This document shows positions 8,109 through 18,153 of a stretch of 32,000 bases of DNA, in pieces; within the stretch, counting starts at the first letter, position 1, and every line of letters starts with the position of its first letter. The position numbers and the translations under genes are program-made. This stretch comes from Candidatus Nanopusillus acidilobi (GTDB lineage: Archaea; Nanobdellota; Nanobdellia; Nanobdellales; Nanobdellaceae): positions 60,001 to 92,000 of the forward strand of contig CP010514.1 in NCBI GenBank assembly GCA_001552015.1, in the 5' to 3' direction. The notes below the pieces were generated by a model. The model had not been told where the DNA came from and did no database searches. It was given only the letters and a program-made list of their open reading frames with translations.

Positions 8109-9254
8109 TTCTATATCTTTTAGAATATTCATATATGATATAAAAGAATCATATGGGGTTGCAAAAGCCTCTTCTCTAAAATATTTATGTACATCCCCAT
8201 CACTATTATATTTTAAACTCATATAATAGAAGTTATCTGAAGTTGATAGATATCTCAATATATTTAATGTTCTTTCATCATTCTTATATTTTTTATATAA
8301 TTCTCTCAAATAATCTAAAGCTTCTCTTTGTATACTATCCCCAATCCATGCAGACAAATCTCTCTCAATATCAGCCCATGATATTAATTCAGGAATATTT
8401 AATTCATCTTTATAATTAAATTCTTCTGTAGCTTCAGTTATATTATATGTTTCAAAATATTTTTCTTTTCCAATATATTCAAATAACTTATTCCAAAATT
8501 CAAATATTCCAGATTCTTTCCATATATGTTCTCCAATTGTTTCAAAGTCCATGAATATATTTATTATATCCCCTGGAGTATTCTTTAGCCATAAATAATA
8601 CTTATCTGCAGTTAATGGATATTCTGACCAATTCTTATTTGTAAATCTAAATCCTATATCATCAGATAATCTATAATTTCTTAATAATAATCTTAAATTG
8701 TTTATTTTTAATTTATATACATAATTTGGACTTCTATTTCCCAAAATTTTTTCAGTTCCTTCAGTTAATGCAACTTTATATCCTAAAGAATATATAATTT
8801 CTCCGATTTCATTGTTAAATACAAGTTCAAAGTTTCTGAAGCTTCTAGATTTATAATTAAATATTTCTTTTATTTTCTTTCTATGCAATTTTATTTGGTT
8901 AATAAATTCATCTTTATCAATTAAATATGCCAATGAATGATAGTAAGTTTCTGATACAATTTCTACATTTCCAGTATCTACCAATTTTTTCCATAATTCC
9001 AAAATTTCTGGATGATATAATTCTAATTGCTCAATTAATGTTCCAGAAATTGAAAATGATACTTTTATATCATATTTTGTAATATTATCATATATCATTT
9101 CTAATGCTGGTTTATAGCATTTATATACAACCCTATCTAATATTCTTTTATTTAGATCATCGTTGAAATAATTTTTTGATCCAATATCAAAAAAAGAATA
9201 ATATCTTATTCTTCTTGGTTGATGTGCATGGAAATAAAATACAATGCCTGTCAT
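8079..9254 (-). CDS. Glycoside hydrolase family 57 (alpha-amylase type)
   Basis: FYFHAHQPRRI; SFSISGTLIEQLE; ETYYHSLAYL; IFMDFETIGEH; ISWADIERDLSAWIGDSIQREAL. Convergent overlap of 30 bp with the GT4. Confidence 0.9.
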   Translation of the reverse strand: MTGIVFYFHAHQPRRIRYYSFFDIGSKNYFNDDLNKRILDRVVYKCYKPALEMIYDNITKYDIKVSFSISGTLIEQLELYHPEILELWKKLVDTGNVEIVSETYYHSLAYLIDKDEFINQIKLHRKKIKEIFNYKSRSFRNFELVFNNEIGEIIYSLGYKVALTEGTEKILGNRSPNYVYKLKINNLRLLLRNYRLSDDIGFRFTNKNWSEYPLTADKYYLWLKNTPGDIINIFMDFETIGEHIWKESGIFEFWNKLFEYIGKEKYFETYNITEATEEFNYKDELNIPELISWADIERDLSAWIGDSIQREALDYLRELYKKYKNDERTLNILRYLSTSDNFYYMSLKYNSDGDVHKYFREEAFATPYDSFISYMNILKDIELNQAIENRN

Positions 9255-9291
9255 AAATATTTTTTAAAGATATAACAATATAAAATTTAAT

Positions 9292-9606
9292 ATGATTGAA
9301 GTTGATGATGAAAAACAAGCATTTATCACTATTGATGGACAAAAATTATATGGTCTTCAAGATTTATTAATTTGGCTATACAATGCAGATCAAGATAAAT
9401 TTAATTATCATAAAAATCATTTTCCAGAATGGATAAAAAATTCATTAAAGGAGGAGGGATTGTATGAAAAGGTAAAGGAAGCAAAAGATAAGGACGAATA
9501 TATAAAAATAATAGGAAATTTCTTAAAAGCTCATGAAATATATGTAAAGAAAAAAATTTCAAAAGAAGAAGCTGAAGTAAAATTTTCAAAACTATTAGGA
9601 TTATGA
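9292..9606 (+). CDS. Small protein, DUF5752-like
   Basis: GLQDLLIWLYNADQDKFNYHKNHFPEWIKNSL resembles the YHxxNHFxxWI motif. Located in the polysaccharide cluster. Confidence 0.5.
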   Translation: MIEVDDEKQAFITIDGQKLYGLQDLLIWLYNADQDKFNYHKNHFPEWIKNSLKEEGLYEKVKEAKDKDEYIKIIGNFLKAHEIYVKKKISKEEAEVKFSKLLGL

Positions 9607-10265
9607 TAGTATCTTTTATATCATTAAAGGGTGGAGTTGGAAAAACTACATTGGCGAATAATCTCGCAGCATATTTAAAAAAGGAATATAATTATAAAGT
9701 ATTGATAATAGATACAAATGGGATTTATTCTTCGAATTTAATATTTCTAAATAATGAAAAATTCTTTGGAAATAAAATATATGAAGGAATAAAGATATTA
9801 CCATACTTTCATTTAAAAATTATAGATAATTTAGATTTTAGTATTAATGATCTAAATTATTTGAAAAGGTATTATGATGTAATTATTTTTGATGTACTTC
9901 CAAATATAAATTATATATTAAATATTGAGAAAATATCGGACATAAATTTTTTAGTAATAAATCCAGATTTCTATTCTTTATATGTAAATAAAAAATTATA
10001 TGATCTTTTAGATAAAAACAAAGTAAAAATAGTAGTAAATAAATATGATAAAAGTATTGAAATAGATTTTATAGAAGATGTATTTAATAAAGAAGTATAT
10101 ACAGTTATTCCAATAGTTAAAGATTTTATTAATTATCAACTCCAATATCAACCAATAGCATTTTATAACGAAAAGTCAAAAGCATTGAAATATATAGATG
10201 AATTAGCATATTGTATAACTGGAAATAAAAAGAAAAGAAGTATATTTGATATTATATTTAGATGA
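9603..10265 (+). CDS. MinD/ParA-like P-loop ATPase
   Basis: MIVSFISLKGGVGKTTLANNLAAYL deviant Walker A; YYDVIIFDVLPN; FLVINPDFYSLYVNKKLYDLL. 4-nt overlaps with both neighbours. Confidence 0.85.
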   Translation: MIVSFISLKGGVGKTTLANNLAAYLKKEYNYKVLIIDTNGIYSSNLIFLNNEKFFGNKIYEGIKILPYFHLKIIDNLDFSINDLNYLKRYYDVIIFDVLPNINYILNIEKISDINFLVINPDFYSLYVNKKLYDLLDKNKVKIVVNKYDKSIEIDFIEDVFNKEVYTVIPIVKDFINYQLQYQPIAFYNEKSKALKYIDELAYCITGNKKKRSIFDIIFR

Positions 10266-11881
10266 TAATATTTGAACAATCTTGGGAAGTATGTAATAAA
10301 GTAGGGGGAATATATACTGTAATATCTACTAAAGCAAAATATATAAAAGAAAAATATAAGGATAAATATTTTTTGATTGGTCCATATAAAAATAATTCAG
10401 AATTTATTGAATTAGATCCTCCAAATTATATAAAAGAAATAAATTATCAATTAGATGGAATTAAGGTACATTATGGATATTGGAATATTGAATCAAAGCC
10501 AAATGTATTTCTAATAGAATTTGATGAATTTTTTAATAAAGAAAGAAATTTATGGAAATATAAATATTGGGAATGGTATAAAATAGATTCTTTAAATTCA
10601 GATTTTACGTTTGATGAGCCATTATTATGGTCGGTTGCTGTCGGTATATTTTTAGAAAAATTAGATAAATATTTTAATGAGAAAAAAATATTACATGCAC
10701 ATGAATGGTTATCTGGAGGTACAATATTATATATAAAGAAGAACAATCTAAATTATAAAACAATATTAACAATTCATGGAACAGTTATTGGAAGAGCATT
10801 ATCTGAAAAAAATGTAAATGTAGAAAATGCATTGAATATAATAGATCCTGATAAAGATTCATATAGATTAGGAATAAATTCAAAATATCAATTGGAAAAA
10901 CAGGCGATATTGAATTCAGATATATTTACAGTTGTATCTGATAATTTGGGAGAAGAAGCATATAAAATATATAAGAGAAAACCAGATTATATAACATATA
11001 ATTATATAAATGTAAAAGAAAAAGAATTATTTAATTATTATAAAATTTCAAAAAAATGGATAGATGAATTTTTAACTTGGTATTTTTATCCATATTATGA
11101 TTTACCAGAAAAATACTTACTAATATATACTATTGGTAGATATGAACCATATAATAAAGGTTTGGATTTATTTATTGATTTATTGAAATATTTAGATGAA
11201 AATAAATTAAATACTATTGCGTTTATTTTTGTTCCTTATAGTATTAAAGGACAAAATGATAATATAATTAGATCTTATAAAGAATATATTAAATTGAAGG
11301 AAAATATAGAAGAAAATATTCATTTAATTATTAGATCTTTATATAATGGAAAAAATATATTGGATAAGTTAGATAGAATAAAGAATAAAAATCCACCAAT
11401 ATGTACCCATGATGTAGAAAATAATATTATAATTGAAAAATTGAGAGAAAATAATTTAAATAATGATAAAAATAATTATGTAAAAGTTATATATGTTCCC
11501 GTTTATCTTGGAAATGATGTATTATTTAGTTTAGATACAGAATATATATTACCGGCATTTGATTTTGGTATATTTTTATCAAGATATGAACCTTATGGAT
11601 ATACACCATTAGAAGCATTGAATAATTTTGTTCCAATTGTTTTATCTAATAAAACTGGATTTTATAGAAATCTAATAAATAAAAATATAAGTCATGAATA
11701 TATAATCAGTGTAGATCCAAGTAATTTGGATAAAGAACTTATATATAATAAATTTTTGCAATATTATAATTTGGATTTATATGATAAAATGGAAATAAAA
11801 AAGCAAATGTATGAAATATCTAAGAAATTTGATTGGAAAAATAATATAAATGAATATATAAATATTTATGAATCTATGTAA
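10262..11881 (+). CDS. Glycogen synthase, GT3-like
   Basis: FEQSWEVCNKVGGIYTVISTKAKYI; LHAHEWLSGGTILYIKK; LPAFDFGIFLSRYEPYGYTPLEAL. Confidence 0.85.
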   Translation: MIIFEQSWEVCNKVGGIYTVISTKAKYIKEKYKDKYFLIGPYKNNSEFIELDPPNYIKEINYQLDGIKVHYGYWNIESKPNVFLIEFDEFFNKERNLWKYKYWEWYKIDSLNSDFTFDEPLLWSVAVGIFLEKLDKYFNEKKILHAHEWLSGGTILYIKKNNLNYKTILTIHGTVIGRALSEKNVNVENALNIIDPDKDSYRLGINSKYQLEKQAILNSDIFTVVSDNLGEEAYKIYKRKPDYITYNYINVKEKELFNYYKISKKWIDEFLTWYFYPYYDLPEKYLLIYTIGRYEPYNKGLDLFIDLLKYLDENKLNTIAFIFVPYSIKGQNDNIIRSYKEYIKLKENIEENIHLIIRSLYNGKNILDKLDRIKNKNPPICTHDVENNIIIEKLRENNLNNDKNNYVKVIYVPVYLGNDVLFSLDTEYILPAFDFGIFLSRYEPYGYTPLEALNNFVPIVLSNKTGFYRNLINKNISHEYIISVDPSNLDKELIYNKFLQYYNLDLYDKMEIKKQMYEISKKFDWKNNINEYINIYESM

Positions 11882-11914
11882 TAATTTAAAAGTAACAAAA
11901 ATTAATTTTGATAT

Positions 11915-12559
11915 ATGGTATCGTTTGCAAGTTTCATAATAAACCTAGTAAATATATTGGGAATAAATCTAATATTTACTTTTCTATTTTATTTTGGAAT
12001 ATTATATTTTCTAATAAAATTCTTATTAGATGCTATTGGAAAAAAGGATGAAAAAGAAGGAAAAAAAGATATAAATAGTGTACTAGCATTTATTATATCT
12101 GTTTCTGCATCATTATTATTAACAACATTTACTGGTTTTGTATTATATACTCAATATTTTGTAGCTTTTATAGTTTCAATGATTTTAGTGTTCTTTTTCT
12201 TTATACTTTTGGGAGCTTTCTTAACAAATGGAAAAATATTTGAATTAATAGAAAAAAGAATGTTTTCGGGTGAAAGACAAAGTAGCGCTAGATATATACC
12301 ATTGATAATGGTAATATTTATTATTTTATTTGCTTTATTAGCTATGTATTATGCATATCAAGGTTATTTTTTATCGATAACTTTTGGTACATCTCCAGGA
12401 GCACTGAATTATATAATAACTTTTAATCCTTATATATTATTTGCAGCTATATTTTTTGTTTTAATAGGAGTATTTTTGATATTATCTGGCACTGGTCCTA
12501 GTTCTGAAAGTGGAAAGGGATCTGAAAAACAAGGTGGAGATAAGGGAAAATCTGGATAA
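11915..12559 (+). CDS. Polytopic membrane protein of unknown function with low-complexity G/S/K tail
   Basis: Several TM segments; C-term GPSSESGKGSEKQGGDKGKSG. Confidence 0.65.
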   Translation: MVSFASFIINLVNILGINLIFTFLFYFGILYFLIKFLLDAIGKKDEKEGKKDINSVLAFIISVSASLLLTTFTGFVLYTQYFVAFIVSMILVFFFFILLGAFLTNGKIFELIEKRMFSGERQSSARYIPLIMVIFIILFALLAMYYAYQGYFLSITFGTSPGALNYIITFNPYILFAAIFFVLIGVFLILSGTGPSSESGKGSEKQGGDKGKSG

Positions 12560-13249
12560 TTATTTTTTTATTTCTTCAACTATACAATCTTCTCCACATA
12601 ACTTTCCTATATCTGAATAAAATTCTGATAATAATCCAATTGGGATTTCTAATATTGCTTCATAATTTTCACCCCAATTTTCTTTTATAATTTTATATTT
12701 ATTTTTTATTATTCCAATTATTTTGAATTTATTTGGGTATACTGTAAGTCTTATATTTTTATATTCTATCTTTAATGGATATTTTTTTCTTATTTCCTTT
12801 AAAACCTCTTCAGCTTGTTTTTCTACAGGTTTATTTATATCTACATTATATTTTACCATTTCGAATAATTCTTTTGCTCTTTCATATGTTAATGGCATAT
12901 TATTTTTGCTATCATATGCTATTCTTCTTATATATTCAATAATTTGTTTTTTCTTTTCTTCAATTAATTCTTTCTTATATTCTGTTGGTAATGGAATTTC
13001 AGAATTTTTTAATATTTCTTTTGCAATTTCAAGAATATCTGTTGTTCCAAAAGCTTTCTTTAGAGATTCAGCTGATGCTCTTTCTCCCTTTTTAGAATCT
13101 TTAAAAATTTCTTCTATAGTTAATACTTCTCTTATATCTTTTATTTTCCCTTCCTTATATTCAAGAGCTTTTCTTAAATATACAATTATCTCAAAATTAT
13201 AGCCTCCTTTTTTATATTTTATACTTATTTCTGTATCTTTATCCTTCAT
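12560..13249 (-). CDS. Ribosome maturation protein SBDS/SDO1 homologue
   Basis: ASAESLKKAFGTTDILEIAKEILKNSEIPLPTEYKKELIEEKKKQIIEYI; adjacent to psmA as in other archaea. Confidence 0.92.
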   Translation of the reverse strand: MKDKDTEISIKYKKGGYNFEIIVYLRKALEYKEGKIKDIREVLTIEEIFKDSKKGERASAESLKKAFGTTDILEIAKEILKNSEIPLPTEYKKELIEEKKKQIIEYIRRIAYDSKNNMPLTYERAKELFEMVKYNVDINKPVEKQAEEVLKEIRKKYPLKIEYKNIRLTVYPNKFKIIGIIKNKYKIIKENWGENYEAILEIPIGLLSEFYSDIGKLCGEDCIVEEIKK

Positions 13250-13955
13250 ATAACTCTTTTATTTCATGATTTTCAACTGTTTTAACTTTATCACCTTTCT
13301 TTACATATGATAATATTAATCTCTCATATGCAAAATTATCTCCTAAATATTCTTTTAATATATCTATTCCAAATTTAATTGCCTCATTTAAATCCATTTC
13401 TTTATATCTTTCTTCTAATATTGGTGTAATTTTATCTTCTCCTTCTCCAATTACAACAGCTTTATATCTATAGAATATTCCAGAGGGATCTAATGAAAAT
13501 AACTTTGGTTCGCCATCTTTATCTATTCCTCCAATTATTAATGATACAGCAAAAGGTCTTACACCACCAAATCTTGTATAGGATTGCATTACATCACTTA
13601 TTTCCCTTACTAATAGTTCTATATCTATTTGTTTTCCATATTGTAATTTATGTTGTTGAGTAATTTCTCTTGCATAATCTATTAGTACTCTACCATCTGG
13701 TATAAATCCAGAGAATGTTCCAATTATATTATCATCAATTTCCATAATTTTTTCAATAGAATCTGTTATAATTAATTTACTTGGAATCTTTTTATCTGCA
13801 ATTATTAATATACCGTCTGTTGTAGATATTCCAATTGCTGTTGATCCAGCTTTAGCAGCCTGTTTTGCATATTCTACTAATATTAATTTTCCTTCCGGTG
13901 AAAATATTGCCCATCCTCTATCCATTGGTCCGAATTGTCCAAGATCAGTTTCCAT
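13239..13955 (-). CDS. psmA: Proteasome subunit alpha
   Basis: DRGWAIFSPEGKLILVEYAKQAAKAGSTAIGI...VRPFAVSLIIGGIDKDGEPKLFSLDPSGIFYRYKAVVIGEG. Confidence 0.95.
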   Translation of the reverse strand: METDLGQFGPMDRGWAIFSPEGKLILVEYAKQAAKAGSTAIGISTTDGILIIADKKIPSKLIITDSIEKIMEIDDNIIGTFSGFIPDGRVLIDYAREITQQHKLQYGKQIDIELLVREISDVMQSYTRFGGVRPFAVSLIIGGIDKDGEPKLFSLDPSGIFYRYKAVVIGEGEDKITPILEERYKEMDLNEAIKFGIDILKEYLGDNFAYERLILSYVKKGDKVKTVENHEIKELYEG

Positions 13956-13966
13956 AAAGATAAAGT

Positions 13967-14245
13967 TTAAGATATATTTAAAAAAGATTTTGCACTTTTT
14001 AATGTTTTAAATATTTTAAAATTTTTTATATTTTGTAAATATAATAAAAAGATTATTTTATACAAATGTTTTTTATTTATAGACAAAATTATTCTTTTAT
14101 TTATTTCTATTTTATTCAAATGTAAATCATAATAATTTATATATCCAAAATATTTAATAAAATCATTTTTTAATTTTTCTTCATCAAAAAAATCTAATAA
14201 GATATATCTATTTTTAATTTTTAATGCCTTTGGTAATATTACCAT
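13967..14245 (-). CDS. Small protein, candidate divergent RNase P subunit Pop5 (Rnp2) homologue
   Basis: N-term LPKALKIKNRYI resembles archaeal Pop5 LPxxLRxKKRYI; KRIILSINKKHLYKIIFLLYLQNI...IFKTLKSAKSFL resembles the Pop5 C-terminal pattern; located immediately upstream of psmA-SBDS. Confidence 0.45.
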   Translation of the reverse strand: MVILPKALKIKNRYILLDFFDEEKLKNDFIKYFGYINYYDLHLNKIEINKRIILSINKKHLYKIIFLLYLQNIKNFKIFKTLKSAKSFLNIS

Positions 14246-15165
14246 TCCTCAACATTGTTCATTTTTGCTTCAATATCTTTAAGATTTAATTTTTCTAACA
14301 TTTCCTTATATCTATTTCTTATTGTAACTTCAGTTATTCCAGCAACTTCTGCTATATCTTTTTGTGTCTTCTGTATTCCATGTTTTACGCATGCTAAATA
14401 TATTGCAGCTGCTGCAACTCCTGCTGGACCTCTACCTGCAGTTATATCGGATTCTTTTGCTTTATTAACTATTTCTATTGCAGTAGATACTACTTCTGGT
14501 GGTAGGTTTAATAATGATGAAAATCTATGTACGTATTCTGTAACATCTATTGGTTGTATTTTTATCTTTAATGCTTGTAATAAGTGCTTATATGTTCTTC
14601 CCAATTCTTTTTTATGTATATTTGATGCTTTAACTATTTCATCTATTGTTCTTGCAACATCATGTATTCTACATGCTATATATGTGCATGCAGCAATAAC
14701 AGTTTCTACAGATCTTCCTCTAATTAATCCCTTTTCAACAGCATCTAGATATAATTTTAATGCTGTTTCTTCTACCTGTTTTGGTAATTGCAGGAATGAA
14801 GAAATCCTCTTTAATTCCTGTTGTGCTAATTTTAGATTTCTTTCATATGAACTTGTAGATCTTTGCTGCCATTTTTTAAGTTTTCTAGATAATGCAATAT
14901 CCTCATCTTTTGATTCTGCTTTTCCAATTTCTGTCGATATCATACTTGGTATATTTGTATATCTCATTGCACTACCTGTTCTTGATAATTTTTCTGCATC
15001 TTCTGAATTTATTGTTCTATATTCCTTTCCCAAATATGGAACTTCTTCAATTACATATCCACATTTTGCACATACTAATTCTGCTGTTTTCTCATTGTAT
15101 ATAAATTCTGTACTTCCACATATTGGACATTTCAATTCAGGATTTTTTATAAGCTTTTGGACCAT
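14239..15165 (-). CDS. tfb: Transcription initiation factor IIB (TFB)
   Basis: Zinc ribbon CPICGSTEFIYNEKTAELVCAKCGYV; two cyclin-like repeats including GRSVETVIAACTYIACR and GRGPAGVAAAAIYLACV; C-terminal HTH. Confidence 0.93.
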   Translation of the reverse strand: MVQKLIKNPELKCPICGSTEFIYNEKTAELVCAKCGYVIEEVPYLGKEYRTINSEDAEKLSRTGSAMRYTNIPSMISTEIGKAESKDEDIALSRKLKKWQQRSTSSYERNLKLAQQELKRISSFLQLPKQVEETALKLYLDAVEKGLIRGRSVETVIAACTYIACRIHDVARTIDEIVKASNIHKKELGRTYKHLLQALKIKIQPIDVTEYVHRFSSLLNLPPEVVSTAIEIVNKAKESDITAGRGPAGVAAAAIYLACVKHGIQKTQKDIAEVAGITEVTIRNRYKEMLEKLNLKDIEAKMNNVEEW

Positions 15166-15262
15166 AATAAATTTTTAAATATTATGTTTATAAAGTTAAC
15201 CTTTTAAGCATTACCAATTTTTTACTATTAATCAATGAATATAACCTTTAGTATTTTTTATA

Positions 15263-16228
15263 TCATTTTGTTAGAACATCAAATTGTTTCCTTATCCATA
15301 TTATAGAAAATATTGCTAATGAAAATATTATTACTTCTATTGGATTAAATATTATAGAAAATATTGGTAATAGAGCAATAGTTATAACAGATGCAATATA
15401 AAATGGTGTAGTTGATAATATTAATATATCTCCAATAAATTTATTTGGATATGTATATCCTTTTCTAATTGATAAAAGTGGAGATAATAATATCCCTATT
15501 GGTATTATTGATGTATATGTAAAGAAAAATAAGAAATAAAAGAAATAATAAACAAAACCATTTAATAATGCTGAAAAGTTTGATATATATTTTATTGATG
15601 AATATATTATCCATAATATTATTGTAGAAATCAAAAATATCCTTAATAATTCATCATTTCTTACTTCTATATTTTTACTTCTTCCAATTCTTTTATATTC
15701 TACTACTATTGGTTTCATGGAAAATACTATTGGAACATATAATCCAAGAGTAATTATTGATATTATAATTGTAATTATATAACTTAGATTGTGTCTCCTT
15801 ATATATGTAAAATTTATTTGATCTTGCTTTGAACTTTTTATTTTCATTTGTTTTATATAATTATAAAAGAATAATATTACAAAAATAGATATCATAACAT
15901 ATACAAACAAGTTATATCTAAATATAAAGAATAATATTATTTCTAAAATAATTAATAGATAATAAAAAAATGCATATGATCTTCTTTTATAAAATAATAT
16001 TTTCAATTCTGCAATAACATTATCTAAATAAATATATAAACCATAAAACGATGAAACTAAATTAAATATAAATAAAAGTATAAAGTATGAAATTACTGTA
16101 TAAATTATTGAGAAAAATAGATTAGCTAATCCAATAAATAAATTATCCCAATGATTAAAAGATAGGAAAAAACCTATAATTATTAAATAATATACTATTC
16201 TTCTATCTATTTTTATATATTCAAACAT
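15263..16228 (-). CDS. Polytopic membrane protein of unknown function
   Basis: Multiple hydrophobic helices throughout 321 aa; no recognised motif. Confidence 0.6.
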   Translation of the reverse strand: MFEYIKIDRRIVYYLIIIGFFLSFNHWDNLFIGLANLFFSIIYTVISYFILLFIFNLVSSFYGLYIYLDNVIAELKILFYKRRSYAFFYYLLIILEIILFFIFRYNLFVYVMISIFVILFFYNYIKQMKIKSSKQDQINFTYIRRHNLSYIITIIISIITLGLYVPIVFSMKPIVVEYKRIGRSKNIEVRNDELLRIFLISTIILWIIYSSIKYISNFSALLNGFVYYFFYFLFFFTYTSIIPIGILLSPLLSIRKGYTYPNKFIGDILILSTTPFYIASVITIALLPIFSIIFNPIEVIIFSLAIFSIIWIRKQFDVLTK

Positions 16229-16266
16229 ATTTCATCTTTTTATTTTTTAACTTTATAAAATATATT

Positions 16267-18129
16267 ATGTCTGAAAACAATGTAATATCAATAAAGGACT
16301 TATATAACATATTTACATTTAAGACTACAGAAGAAATAAATGTACCTGAAAAAATATCAGAGCAAATTATTGGACAAGATAAGGCATTGGATATAATTAA
16401 AAAAGCTGCTAAACAAAGAAGACATGTTTTATTGATAGGAGATCCTGGTACTGGTAAATCTATGCTAGCACAGGCATTGGCAGAAATATTGTCAGAAGAT
16501 AAGGAACAAGTTAAAAATTTAGAAGATATATTAGTATTTCCAAATCCAAATGATGAATATCAGCCAATAATAAAGACAGTACCAATGGGAGCTGGTAAAA
16601 AAATTGTAGAAGAAATTAGAAAAAGGGTTTTAGAACAAGCAAAGATGTTTCAATATTTTTATATTCTATTATTATTTATATCTGCATTTACTCCAATGTA
16701 CTTTTATTATGCAGGAAATTATATAATGGCTGGTGCAACATTTATTGGATTTATGATTTTAATGGCTGGATTATCTTTTTCTTTCCAAGCAATGCAAAAG
16801 CAAATAATGAAAAATGTACCAAAATTATTGGTAGATAACTCAAATAGGACATCTGTACCATTTGTAGATGCTACAGGTGCATTTGAAGGTATGTTATTTG
16901 GAGATGTATTGCATGACCCATTTCAATCTGGAGGTCTTGAAACTCCAGCCCATCAAAGGGTAATTGCTGGTGCAATACATAAGGCACACAGAGGTGTACT
17001 ATTTATAGATGAAATTGGTACATTAAGACCAGAAGTTCAAATAGAATTATTATCTGTTTTACAAGAAAAGAAATATCCAATATTTGGAAGATCTGAAAGA
17101 TCTGCTGGTGCAATGGTAAGAACTACTCCAGCTCCTGCTGATTTTGTACTAGTTGCAGCTGGAAATTTAGAAACATTACAAAAATTGCATCCAGCATTTA
17201 GATCAAGAATAAGAGGATATGGATATGAAGTATTTATGAATTCTGAAATATTATTTACTGAGGAAACTGCAAAAAAATTTGCTCAATTTGTTGCACAGGA
17301 AATAAAAAAGACAGGCAATATACCTCATTTTACAAAAGAGGCTGTAATAGAAATTATTAAGGAAGCTCAAAGAAGATCTGGAAGAAAGAGTTATTTAACA
17401 TTAAGATTAAGAGATTTGGGAGGATTAGTAAGATTAGCAGGAGATATTGCAAAATCAAAAGGAAAAGAATATGTTGAACCTGAAGATGTTATAGAGGCAA
17501 AGGAAAAGGCATTAACAATTGAAGAACAATTATCAAAATATTATATTGAAAGAAGGAAAGAATATCAAATAATAAAAACTGAAGGATATGAAGTTGGAAG
17601 AGTAAATGGATTGGCAGTAATTGGATCAAGATTATATTATTCAGGATTGGTATTACCAGTTGAGGCAGAAGTTGTTCCTGGAAAAGGTGGTAGAGAAATT
17701 ATTGCTACAGGAAATTTGGGAAAAATTGCAAGAGAAGCAATAGTAAATGTATCTGCAGTAATAAAAAAGAAGTTCGGAGAAGATTTGAAGAAATATAGAG
17801 TTCATGTCCAATTTTTACAAACATATGAAGGTGTAGAAGGGGATTCTGCTTCAATAACTGTTGCAACTGCAATAATATCTGCATTAAAGAATTGGCCAGT
17901 GAGACAAGATCTGGCAATGACAGGTTCTTTATCAATAAGAGGAGAAGTATTACCTGTTGGTGGTATAATAGCAAAAGTAGAAGCTGCAATTGAATCTAAA
18001 TTAAAAGAAGTTATAGTGCCAGAAGGTAATTATAATGATATACCCGAAGACTTATTTGATAAGATAAAAATAACACCTGTAAAAACAATAGATGAAGTTA
18101 TAGAAATTGCAACTGGTAAGAAGATTTAA
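16267..18129 (+). CDS. lonB: Archaeal membrane-anchored Lon protease (LonB type)
   Basis: Walker [17 protein letters not shown]; TM segments inserted in the AAA+ domain; [11 protein letters not shown]; Lon protease Ser in [20 protein letters not shown], Lys in [10 protein letters not shown]. Confidence 0.95.
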   Translation: MSENNVISIKDLYNIFTFKTTEEINVPEKISEQIIGQDKALDIIKKAAKQRRHVLLIGDPGTGKSMLAQALAEILSEDKEQVKNLEDILVFPNPNDEYQPIIKTVPMGAGKKIVEEIRKRVLEQAKMFQYFYILLLFISAFTPMYFYYAGNYIMAGATFIGFMILMAGLSFSFQAMQKQIMKNVPKLLVDNSNRTSVPFVDATGAFEGMLFGDVLHDPFQSGGLETPAHQRVIAGAIHKAHRGVLFIDEIGTLRPEVQIELLSVLQEKKYPIFGRSERSAGAMVRTTPAPADFVLVAAGNLETLQKLHPAFRSRIRGYGYEVFMNSEILFTEETAKKFAQFVAQEIKKTGNIPHFTKEAVIEIIKEAQRRSGRKSYLTLRLRDLGGLVRLAGDIAKSKGKEYVEPEDVIEAKEKALTIEEQLSKYYIERRKEYQIIKTEGYEVGRVNGLAVIGSRLYYSGLVLPVEAEVVPGKGGREIIATGNLGKIAREAIVNVSAVIKKKFGEDLKKYRVHVQFLQTYEGVEGDSASITVATAIISALKNWPVRQDLAMTGSLSIRGEVLPVGGIIAKVEAAIESKLKEVIVPEGNYNDIPEDLFDKIKITPVKTIDEVIEIATGKKI

Positions 18130-18153
18130 AAAATTTTTTATGAATGAATTTTT

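Noticed and set aside
12723-13202. 159-aa plus-strand ORF antisense to SBDS
   Set aside because: Shadow of the clear SBDS gene; hydrophobic, low-complexity product.
14255-15178. 307-aa plus-strand ORF antisense to TFB
   Set aside because: TFB on the other strand is unambiguous. The antisense frame is open because of biased codon usage, and its product lacks domain-like organisation.
17705-17989. 94-aa Leu/Gln-rich minus-strand ORF inside LonB
   Set aside because: Antisense shadow in the LonB protease domain; low complexity.
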